In this document: positions 52,352 through 63,353 of the stretch, piece after piece
How the letters are laid out: each line of letters starts with the position of its first letter
How positions within the stretch are numbered: position 1 is the first letter of the stretch
The notes under the pieces: generated by a model
The model's database searches: none
What the model was told of the DNA's origin: nothing
The model's input: only the letters and a program-made list of their open reading frames with translations
NCBI RefSeq assembly: GCF_001194135.2
Contig: NC_068981.1
Location: 72,667,396-72,730,748 of the forward strand
Reading direction: 5' to 3'
From: Octopus bimaculoides
Taxonomy: Eukaryota
Length of the DNA: 63,353 bases
Translations under genes and position numbers: made by a program

Positions 52352-52400
52352 GTCTCTGATGAGGTGGTAGTCCATTATATCCCAGAAACAGCTGTAAGAC
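52352..52400 (+). ncRNA. Minimal hammerhead ribozyme-like motif with canonical core
   Basis: GTCT-CTGATGA-GG-TGG...CCA-GAAA-C-AGCT-GTA-AGAC; perfect 8-nt palindrome ACAGCTGT in stem III; predicted cleavage after 52396. Confidence 0.65.
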
Positions 52401-52494
52401 TATATCTATACCTTTTTCGTTATAAATATCTTGAAGACTCCTCACTGCCTTGGCTTTGTTTTCTCATTTTGACTAATATATATACACACACACA

Positions 52495-53377
52495 CGAGGG
52501 AGAGTCAAAAATTACACGCACTCTTGTTCTTTCAATGTATTTGCACAAAAGCATGGGATAAACAAGTACTTCATTTTTCTACATATAATCTCCTTCCTTT
52601 TCGATGCACTTTGTCCGGCGGACCACAAAGTTGCGTATTCCCTCTAAGAAACTTTTAAGGTTGGTCGTCCAACCATTTATGCACCGCTTCCGTCACATCT
52701 TCCTGCGTAGGAAATCGACGACCTCGTTGAGCAGTTCATCGTAGGAAATCGACGACCATCAATGAGCAGTCCAAAGATATAATAGTCGGAAGGGGCGAGA
52801 TCTGGGCTATAGGCAGGATGTTGCAGCACCTCAAAGCTCAATTGCTTAATGGTTTTAACGGTCTGGGTGGCCGTTTATGGGTGTGCATTGTCATGCAACA
52901 ACAAAGCTTTCTTCGACAATAAGCTTCAGCGTTTGATGCGAATTGCTGACTTCAGTTTGTTGGCCAGCAAAGCACTGTCTCTTGCACTGTTGATCATGCA
53001 CTCCTTTTCCAGGTAGTTATGAGTATAGACTCTTTTGAGTCCCCCAAAAGGGTTAGCATCACTTTTCTTGCAGAAGACTGAGCCAGGATGTTTCCACTCC
53101 ATACTCTTTCTTTTGGATTCTCATAATGAATTTCAGCACCTGACACACTTTCCAATCAGAGAAATGGATTCACTGCTCTTAGTTCTTCTTTGGTGTACAT
53201 TGCTAGTGGAGAGGCCATGTTTACACTGTAAAGCCAGAAAGAAAAATGGCGCAATCGGGATCAAACTTCGATCACGTGACTACGATAGTACCAACTATAA
53301 GCATGCATGCGCAGAAGTAGTATAACAATAATAAAGATATGTTATGGCGAAAGTGCGGTTAATTTATGATTTGCCGT

Positions 53378-53380
<3 letters not shown>
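52495..53380 (-). mobile_element. Internally deleted mariner (DD34D) transposon
   Basis: MASPLAMYTKEELRAV..ESVSGAEIH, ESKRKSMEWKHPG, KVMLT, LLLHDNAHP, LQHPAYSPDLAPSDYYIFG; ~30-bp imperfect TIRs (cgagggagagtcaaaaattacacgcact / agtgcggttaatttatgatttgccgtc). Confidence 0.9.

Positions 53381-53382
<2 letters not shown>

Positions 53383-53447
<65 letters not shown>
53383..53447. repeat. (TG)n microsatellite
   Basis: Directly visible. Confidence 0.97.
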
Positions 53448-53451
<4 letters not shown>

Positions 53452-54355
53452 ATGATTGCAGCTATTGCCAGACATCGATCATCGAAAATTTATAGAGCGA
53501 GACAATGGTATCGATATGTTCTCATAAGACGTTAAGAACAAGTTTCAAGATTATTTTTATTGATTTATTATGAGGACATCAAATGGCTGGGCAGTTAGAT
53601 TCATAGATTAGACCACTCAGCAAGAAATAGCAGCTAAATCTCCCTCAAATTATTTTCAAACATGTGACAGAGAGAAACATGTAGAATAAATCTAAAATAT
53701 ACAGGAACGTTGAGGGTTAATCGTGAGTAAATCTTATTATTATGCATAAAAAGTGTGTATTTAAAAGTAAAGAAAATGTGTATCTAAGTGTAAGTAAGTA
53801 ATATATCTAAGTATATTTAAAATGACAAATAGAACAAGTTGGAATTGAACATGTATTGTATAAGGAAACATTTCTTACAACCATTTCCTCGTGTTTTATT
53901 ATTTTTTTTTTATTGTCTTCATTTAGATGAACCTGGTATTTTGCCACTTGCTAACAATAAGAGCAAATGAATCAGGATGGGTGATTAATGATCTGTATAT
54001 ATTTTTATGTAGGCTTCATACATACATACATATGTGTNNNNNNNNNNNNNNNNNNNNNNNNNNNNNNNNNNNNNNNNNNNNNNNNNNNNNNNNNNNNNNN
54101 NNNNNNNNNNNNNNNNNNNNNNNNNNNNNNNNNNNNNNNNNNNNNNNNNNNNNNNNNNNNNNNNNNNNNNNNNNNNNNNNNNNNNNNNNNNNNNNNNNNN
54201 NNNNNNNNNNNNNNNNNNNNNNNNNNNNNNNNNNNNNNNNNNNNNNNNNNNNNNNNNNNNNNNNNNNNNNNNNNNNNNNNNNNNNNNNNNNNNNNNNNNN
54301 NNNNNNNNNNNNNNNNNNNNNNNNNNNNNNNNNNNNNNNNNNNNNNNNNNNNNNN

Positions 54356-54460
54356 TGGCTGTGTGGTAAGTAGCTTGCTTACCAACCACATGGTTCCGAG
54401 TTCAGTCCCAATGCCTGGTACCTTGGATAAGTGTTTTCTACTATAACCTCGGGCCAAGCA
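54356..54460 (+). mobile_element. SINE family C head, 3'-truncated
   Basis: tggctgtgtggtaagtagcttgcttaccaaccacatggttccgagttcagtccc. Confidence 0.82.
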
Positions 54461-54653
54461 ATAATAAATCTCTGAGCGAGATATAAACAGTAGCAGCACG
54501 ACATCGTGAAGTATATTTGCCATCTAAATGTGGCTGACCCATATGGGACGATGTAGTTTATAGCCCCAGGAAGACATCTCCTCCAGCTGGCTAATGATAC
54601 ACTGTCTGTACCCTATCAGTATTTCCAAAGAGAAATCATCGTTCCCATCTTTA

Positions 54654-54693
54654 GCGGATCCGGGTTTCTGGGTAGTAACCCGTCATCAGCGTG
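54654..54693 (-). ncRNA. Degenerate minimal hammerhead ribozyme-like motif within a GC-richer repeat (~54520-54725)
   Basis: CACG-CTGATGA-C-GGGT(TACT)ACCC-A-GAAA-C-CCGG-A-TC-CGC; two G-to-A changes away from a fully paired fold with palindrome ACCCGGGT. Confidence 0.5.
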
Positions 54694-54894
54694 TGACAAT
54701 CACCGGCTAGGGATGAGAGGTGATATTTGCAATGCAAATACATATGCTTTTTCCATTTGTTCTCATGGAGTTAAAATATCGCAGTAGAGACCGCTCGAAC
54801 AGGCAGTCATGTTAAAGTGGCTACGATTATTACTTGCCAGTACAACTACTGAGCTGATCTCTCAGAGAGATTTTAGAACTAGCATTTTTGTTTT

Positions 54895-55008
<114 letters not shown>

Positions 55009-55861
55009 GAGACGAGTTGATAGACACAGATATGTGTGTCTGTATATATAACAACGTATTAAATTTTTTCTAAGCTTCATAGGAGTTTCAAACAACGATT
55101 AGTAGATCGAGTTTCATAGTGTTTTAACAGATTAGTAACACATTTTATTCTAATCGAAGGATGGTCTATGACAAATAACATTTCTAGGTCATCTGATATA
55201 TATTCGCGACAGTTAAAGACACAACGGTAATATGAAATAATTTGTTCAGCAAGACGAAGCATTAGTTGTGAATTTACACTCACATATGTAAATATATGTC
55301 TACGCAAATGCATAGTGAAAGGAGGAGAGATTAATTTTATATATATAGATTTACGTGTGTTATGTGTAGATATTTATGTGAAACACACCCGTGTATATAC
55401 GCCCTCATAGATTCATACATATATGTTGACACATGCATACACTTATATGGCTGTTATGAGAAATAAGTATTGTTATCGTTCGAATTAGTTGTGGGAAGAG
55501 TAGGATAGCAAAAACGAAGAATGAAGTTAGCACGGAGAATGCTTAGAGAAAAGGAAAGTAAATTTAAACAAACGAATGTAGCTCGTTTGAAGAGCAAATC
55601 TCGAAAGACAAAGAAAATCATTTTTAATCTTTGCTTATTGTACGAAAAATTATCACATGAGATATAGCTATTTTTATTGTTTAACCCCAAACCAAATCTG
55701 ATTGTGAGAGATATTGTACATAGATATTAAGCCAAAGAACGTATAACAATCTACAAATATCAAGCTTTGTCTAAACTATCATGGCTTTTCTATAACGAAC
55801 TTTTTGTCGTCAGATAGGCGCTTTAACTGTGTCCATGTCATTTATCTTTATCTTTTATCTT

Positions 55862-56018
55862 TGAATTGATTCAGTCATTTGACTGTGGGGCACCATGGTG
55901 AGGCACCCCGTCTTGAAGGGTTATGGTCGTACAAATTGACCCTACGAATTATTCTGTTTGTCTCATTAGCCGAACCGCTAAGTTATGGGACACAAATACA
56001 CCAACACCGGTTGTCAAT
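55862..56018 (-). mobile_element. SINE family C, 3' half, diverged
   Basis: ttcagtcatttgactgtgg...gccgaaccgctaagtta.gggac.caaatacaccaacaccggttgtcaa. Confidence 0.72.
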
Positions 56019-56054
56019 ATTATATATATATATATATTTATACACACATATATG

Positions 56055-56098
<44 letters not shown>

Positions 56099-56944
56099 AC
56101 TGGGTTAGTTATCCAGTATATCCATTTTGTTTATTTTAAGACAGTATGGCAAAATTTGAGGGAGATGTAGTTGATCGACCTTGTGGAGTCTTAGTCGTTG
56201 AATCTCTTTAAATTTAGTGTAAGTTAATGCCGCAAATAGAAATGTATCTGATAAAGATAGTTGCCAGATTAAAGTGCTTGAGGTGAGGTTCTCACTCGCT
56301 CTAACTGCGACTTAAGATATTTAACGTAAAGAACGAGAAAGCCAACTGTCAGTCTCAGCAACGTATTTGTTAAATAGGTGCTTACAAGGGTTACAATAGA
56401 TGATATGAAAGAAATACTATTGAATAGATAGCAGTTTGTAAGATCATAAAACGTATTATCTATCTCAAAGGTGTATTACAATGAAATGTTGAGAGTTAGC
56501 TATCAGTGGCAGATAATGTACTTCTAATACTAGACCATACAGAGTTTTAACGTTCTTAAATGAAAATGATTTTTGAAGATTAAAGACGAGCTTCTATAGA
56601 ATTCCCGTCTACAGAATTCCACATAAGAGGTATGTGTTTATATTCTCTTTTTAAAACCACACAGATTTTCGAATGCTTAAATTCATTTCATTTTTTTCTG
56701 GTTTACGTTGTGTTGTGCACAGATAGATGTTTTTAATAACGAACCGCCAAGGGTGCTTTATAAGCAGCTGATCAATTGATTCAGGAAGGTCTTCAAGGAG
56801 CGGTTAATAAAGCGCTAAACTGTGCGTCAGGAGACTCCCACTTGGTTTTCCTTGTACATCAATATTATGGAAAGAATGCATTTACCTTCTTGTTGATACT
56901 TACTCACAGTGCAGCTTTATGATATATATATATATATATATATA

Positions 56945-57780
56945 TATGAGGAGGAATCAAAGAGTTCCCAGGCTACTTATGCTTAATAAAAAACAACTTA
57001 TTTACCTAAGTTTTAAAATAATCTCCTTCAAAAGAGTCACTTTGTGCAGCAGTGTATTGGTCCCAACGTTCCTACCACTTTTGGAATCGTTTTCCGTAAG
57101 CGAGTCGAGATCCTTCTGCAATTCGCTCTCGATCTCGACAACGGTGTTAAAACAGCAACCTTTGAGCTGCATTTTCATCTTGGAGAAGAGATGGAAGTCT
57201 ACAGGCGGAAATCTTGCGAATAGGGTGAGTGCGGAAGCGATACCATGTTGCATTTTGGCAAGAAACTGACGAGTGAGTAGAGCTCGGTGACAGGATGTAT
57301 TGTAGTCGTAAAGAATTCCGTAGTTAGGATTGCCAACATGGACCCAAACAACCGACCAATAATATCAGCAAGTTGTTGATTGTCCTCTGACGATCATCAT
57401 GCACAAGCTGATGAATTTTCTCCACATTTCCGGGGATGACGCCCGTGGCAGGTATTTCAGATCGCACATCGTTTACAGGGACGTTCTTTCGGTTTTGAAG
57501 CGCCTGTACCACTCGAAACATTGTTTACGACTCGTTGCCACGTCACTGTAAGGTTGCCGAAGCATGCTCAATGTCTCTGTAGCAGACTTCCCAAGTTTAA
57601 CGTAAAATTTCACGTTGGTTCTTTGTTCCTGTTCATGACAAAATCGCAGATTACATCATAGACGTGATCTCACAAACGAAAAAATTTCACATGCTACATA
57701 AACACAGCAATGTCACTCAGCACAATGTCTCATAGATGTTATTGCAAGCGACCACTGTGCACGCAGCTCTTTCATCCCAC
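56945..57780 (-). mobile_element. Internally deleted mariner transposon (second family)
   Basis: N-terminal HTH FYVKLGKSATETLSML...RKQCFEWYRRF..VEKIHQLVHDDRQRTI joined to C-terminal PPVDFHLFSKMKMQLKGCCFNTVVEIESELQKDLDSLTEND; the catalytic middle is missing. Confidence 0.85.
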
Positions 57781-59316
57781 CTTGTGTATATATTTTCTGG
57801 AAGCGTAAAAAAATCTACTCTTTTCATAATGGACAGAAGAATGGGAATTTTTTGTGGGTTCCAGAATACGATACCTTATTTTCTCGAAGAATAGTAATTG
57901 TATATTCAATTTCCACTTCAGTGTGGAAATTCTTTTTCCTTGAAGACCTATCTAACAAAAATTAAAAAAATAAAAATAATGAAAGAAAAGATGTTGGTTT
58001 AACTTAGCGATCCAAGTTGTGATTGAAGAAATTTACGTACAACGTTTGATTTAGACATTAAAAGAAACTTGTACGTTTCTATCTAAAAGAATCCTAAACA
58101 TACAGTTCTTAACATTTAATTACTATATTCAAACTTTTGTCATAAAAGACAATTGGATACCAACCTATCGCCTATTTTCTAAACGTATAATGTTAATCTC
58201 TTCTGTCTTACCAAAGGTATTGTTCGTTAAGAATGAAGGGAAAAACTAAAAAAATTTCAGAGTTTGCTTTTACTTCATAAAACTCTGTATTCAACTTTAT
58301 AGAACATGTTTTTCTCGGGAATAATGTTATTAAGAATGTATAGAGTAGAGGAAGAATAGTAGCGTTTGGGTCAATGATATTACTCAAATTGCAATATATA
58401 CCTCAACGCGTTGAACTTGCAAAAGTGCTTGGCAAATATTTTGCCCGTGCAGGGCTGTATTTATTGGAGAACTCTGTCGAAAAAGTTAGCAGTTGGACTC
58501 ATACATTGTATGGATCTAACTGCTGACAATTTTAAGGGCAGATTCTTGCAATATTTCTACTTATGTAAGACAAGGGGCAGAGGAAAGAAATTCAACGTCT
58601 GCTACAGTTCGGGAAATCAAAGATCAGATAATGACATGCACGTACACCCACTTCCTAATATACGATATCGTTAACAGGGTCTAGCCATATTTTAACAAGT
58701 ACAGATCTGTAGAGTTTGCCCGACATTTCATTTAGGCAAAATCAACCAACGCAACTTGCACTATATTTTCACCGAAGATCAGAAGTATTGTTTAATTGCC
58801 ACCAACGATGACGATTACTTAAGTAAAACTTCCATTCTTCGTACGTTCTTAATACACATCGAATTTTTCTATTCCTAATCGTCTTTACCAATAAAGTATA
58901 AGTCCTAGCACACGAAACCTCTCTCAACAGCACACTGTTGTACAAGAACAGTGGATTTGTAGGCCGCAACAAGTCTGATCGCTTAATCAGCCTTATGCAC
59001 TAAGAGCCGCTCTCTAGACATCAATTTCCGCCGTTGTCTTTCACATCTACATCATCACTTGAAGAATCCCGGATATCAATTTAATTTGTGTGCCTGTAAG
59101 AAACACTGAAAGGTGGTGTAGTTCACCAATAACTCTTTTTCTAATAAATGCAAGTTCCACATACACTGAGTTCTATTTACTTCTGTTTCTACTTAAATAC
59201 ATTACATCGATGAATTGCGCGGAGCGAACGAGAGAGGTGTACTCATTACGTGTTGTGGGAAATATGACTTATGAAAACTCGAGTCGCGGGATAAAGAGTA
59301 TGTACGTATATGTGTG

Positions 59317-59352
<36 letters not shown>

Positions 59353-60166
59353 NNNNNNNNNNTTATTATTATTATTATTATTTATATTATTATATGATCG
59401 AATTCCAAGTAAGTTTTATTTTAATAATTCCGATACGCACTCTACAGCTATCTCTATTCTATCTCCCTCTCTTGTTCTTCTTCCTTTCTGTCCCCCCCCC
59501 CACCTTTTCTCTAATTCTTCTCCTCTCCCCTTCACTGTTCTCTTTCTCTCCCTCTCTCTCCCTCACTCTTCCTCCTTGACGCTCACGTTACTCACACGTG
59601 ACCAACAGCTGTCTTTCTTTCTTCTACTTCCTTACAAAAGACAAGGCGTGTTTTTGCCTGTCTCTTCTCAAAGCTCATTTCTCCAGCGTTCACCACTTCA
59701 CCTTGTTATGGTTTAACAACCCTTACTGTTTGGTTTTACTATTTTGTTCTCACTGTCCTGTTTTTGTTACCACTTTAACCCTCCGCAAATCACAATTTCT
59801 TTTTAATTTGCCGGAAGGACTGTTTTAACGAAGTCGCGTCTTGCCCCTACGTTCGAAACGCGGAGTAGATAAAACAGGGGACAACCGATGAAGGGCATGT
59901 TCTTTCTGTTGCCTGTGTCGTTTCTCCATTTGTTTCTTTCGTTGTTCAAAGAAATGTTCGTTTTCCATGTTTTTGTCTTTTATATTCTTGTTTCTCATTT
60001 AGTTCAGGTTTTTTTGACGTCCCGTATCTATATATGCATGTATGTATACATATATATGTAGGTATGTACGTATATGTATGTATATATGCATATATATATA
60101 TATATTATTTATATTATATATATATATATATATGCATATACATGAATGGATATGTATACGGCTATA

Positions 60167-60211
<45 letters not shown>

Positions 60212-60225
60212 ATACACAAGCACAC

Positions 60226-60263
<38 letters not shown>

Positions 60264-60927
60264 ATGTTGCAAATTTTCTGTAAAAATATGCCAATCATAA
60301 AATACCAGCTTCAGAAATTTAAATATATTCGATGCAAATATCGTACAGGGATTACACTTACGTTGTCAGTGTCAGTTGGAAAATAGCAGTTTAGCCACGT
60401 AACGACAGAAAGTTATGGCTTCATTTCAGAAAATATGTCTGTTATCAGAAGCTGGGTATTCTTCAATGTTCAGTAAATCTGTTAGCATACTCACTCACAC
60501 ACTCACAACTATATGAAAACAAAAGTTATGTATTTGTGTGATATTCTGAAAAAAATTAGCTGTATCGCTTCGTATATAATTTTAAACGAGAATTTGGCTT
60601 CTCTTATTTTGTGATTAGTTTACACTTCTTATATTTCGATGCATTGTGTGTGTGTGTGTGTGTTTGTGTGTGTGTGTATGGGTGTGTGTGTGTGTGTGTG
60701 TGTGTCGGTGTGTTTGTTCATTTGGGTTTATAAGTGTAAACCTGTATCATTACATATGCATACAAAGATATATATGTGCACAAAAGTTAAAACTTACGCT
60801 GCACATGTACACATACATACACGAAAACCCACGCACACCTACATATAGATATAGATAGACAGACAAACAGACACATACATGCATGTAAGCGTAGCACATG
60901 CATAACACACATGCACACACACACACA

Positions 60928-60961
<34 letters not shown>

Positions 60962-61219
60962 NNNNNNNNNNNNNNNNNNNNNNNNNNNNNNNNNNNNNNN
61001 NNNNNNNNNNNNNNNNNNNNNNNNNNNNNNNNNNNNNNNNNNNNNNNNNNNNNNNNNNNNNNNNNNNNNNNNNNNNNNNNNNNNNNNNNNNNNNNNNNNN
61101 NNNNNNNNNNNNNNNNNNNNNNNNNNNNNNNNNNNNNNNNNNNNNNNNNNNNNNNNNNNNNNNNNNNNNNNNNNNNNNNNNNNNNNNNNNNNNNNNNNNN
61201 NNNNNNNNNNNNNNNNNNN

Positions 61220-61257
<38 letters not shown>

Positions 61258-61326
61258 GTATATATATATCATTCAGTGTGTTACATACTTTTGATAATAT
61301 GGGTGTGCGCATGCATTTTTATATCC

Positions 61327-61512
61327 TTCCTTCCAATTGGTTTCAAATTTTAGCACATGACCAGCATTTTCGCGGTCGGGAGTAAGTCGATTACATCGAC
61401 CCCATCGTTTAGCTTGCACTTACTTCATCAACTCCAAAAATATGATAAAGTCGACCTCATCCGCATTTGACGGACGGAATGCTGCTAAGCGTTTCGATTC
61501 TGCCAGGTTGCC
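61327..61512 (-). mobile_element. SINE family B, diverged
   Basis: ggtttcaaatttt.gcac..gaccagca.tttcg.gg..ggg.gtaagtcgattacatcgacccc. Confidence 0.72.
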
Positions 61513-63353
61513 GTCTTATCTTTCATTTTGATTGACGATACTTTTTTTTTATGTCGTATGAAGTCTTTGTAAAAATATCCATTATCAAATCATTGCCAAG
61601 GGTAAAACTCACTTTCATAAAAATATCATTGTTAATAAATAACTCTTGAGATATTATTAATTTCATAAAACGGTCAGACATATGGCGTTACAGGTGGTAA
61701 TGTGTTTTGTTCCTATTTCAATAAAAATAATCTATTTTATGAAGTGTTTTGTTTTTAACTCTATTAGTCCCCCTTTCCTTCTATTGCATTTATTTGTTAG
61801 TAATCAGTTATATTCTTAAGTTTTCTTTAATTCAAAGGCATATCTAAAATTCCATCTTATATTTACTGATTTCCATATCAGTAAAACAACGTACTTCTTA
61901 AGTAGCTGTCTCCATTATTGATGCTTGAATTAAAATAATTTATTATACAACTTCTCTTCTTACTCTTTTCTCTTTACAAGTAGATAACATTCTATATGTT
62001 AACATCATGGCAGCACGGTTATATATTCTCTTGCATGTTTACCTCAGAATAATGTAATCACTTTTAAAGTTAGTTCTGTAGGCTTTCATTCCAGGGTTCT
62101 AGTCCTTGATCCGTCATTTATTCTTCATAAGGTACCATCTAAATTTGCACAGTTGAGGCGAGTGAACAGGGGCGTCACTAAGTAGTCACTCAACCTGTTA
62201 AAAACAGCAACTAAATCGCTCTGAATCAACATACTTCCCTTTTCAAGAAAAGATACTTTGGATAATTTATGTAGACTATAATTGAAAAAGAAAAGACTGG
62301 ATTATCATAATTGGAACGCATTTGATTGATCTGCTCAGTCAAAGCTGACACGAGGCTAAACATTAAAATCAGCAGCAAATTAAGCCAATCATTGATCGGT
62401 TAGGTCGCCGATTTGCTAGAAATTGCAAACAGATATCCCTCAAATCATTGTCCCTGCATGTAAATGTCTGTGCGTACGTGCATGTCAGCCTGCATGTTTG
62501 CGTGTGTATGTGTGTGCATATGTGAGTGTGCGTGTACACATATCTGCATAAGATATACCAATTCACAGGTCCTTCGAAAAATTTGATATATGCTACCAAA
62601 TACAATGGATACCGAGAAGAGTATTTTGGAAAAACTAAACTCACTTAAAGAATGAAATTAACAATTCATCGTCATCAAGTGCGAGATCCAGGGACTAGAT
62701 AAATTTCACTTGGTGAATATCTGAACACATGTACGAAAACCACGTCTCCAAAATTTCTTGTCTTCCCTCTATCAATGTGCAGACAATACCACAGATCAAA
62801 GAATAATAAGTAAAGAAAATGCAAGCGACGACTGAACAGACTATTAAGACATCAGTAATACTTGATTCGACTTTTTCTATGAATTAATTATTGTAGAAAT
62901 ATACTATGTATGTCTATTCCTGCCCGTTCTTAAGAAAACCAACTTTCATGTAGCAGCCACAATCAGACTTATTTTCTCTACACCTCGTTATCTTACTTCA
63001 CACATTTGTTAACAAAGAAGGACTATGTTTTAACATGTTCAATGGGAGTGAACTAGCAGTAATTGATAACATTAGTCTTTGGCAGAATAATAAACAATAA
63101 CTAACTATAAATTTTATGTAGACAATTACATCTTTCAATTAAAGTCAAGTTTCAGTCTTTATTACCCCTGACATACGACTTTTTAACTCTTATTTCCAGC
63201 AATGTAGCTGCTTCGACACACTCAGTCACAATTAGTAATGATTAAAGCTTTCGTTTTTTGGTTTTATATTGCGCCTAGCTGTTTATATTAATTTATATGT
63301 GCATGTGTGTGTGTGTGTGTGTGTGTATACACACACACACATATATATATATA

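Noticed and set aside
59090-59716. 208-aa plus-strand ORF
   Set aside because: It spans (TA)n, an N gap, (TTA)n and a low-complexity CT-rich tract.
59810-59990. Repeat with cgaaacgcg and ccgatgaaggg motifs
   Set aside because: The motifs are in the wrong order for a type I hammerhead and no stems could be built.

Overview
AT-rich, repeat-saturated animal genomic scaffold with 18 N-gaps, nearly all bounded by (TA)n/(GT)n/(GA)n microsatellites. From recall, the SINE families and microsatellite load look like an octopus (cephalopod) short-read assembly; this is inference and no search was run. No recognisable intact host gene, RNA gene or CRISPR array was found, and most of the supplied ORF track is microsatellite/N artefact. 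The supportable content is mobile DNA: R4/Dong-type RLE LINE fragments, RTE and CR1/L2 remnants, a Penelope-like GIY-YIG remnant, two internally deleted mariner transposons, a pogo/Tigger-like MITE, a 382-bp foldback element, and about 25 copies of 4-5 tRNA-headed SINE families. Two signals stand out. (i) At least five sequence-unrelated minimal hammerhead-ribozyme folds of the Penelope/retrozyme dimeric type (2407, 30939, 47644, 52352, 54654); one sits in a tRNA-headed SINE-like element that also has a Penelope-style inverted tail copy. (ii) A 435-bp Merlin-like MITE with a 9-bp TSD that carries head-to-head telomeric (TTAGGG)n/(CCCTAA)n arrays. A low-confidence chain of small minus-strand exons may mark an unrecognised host gene.
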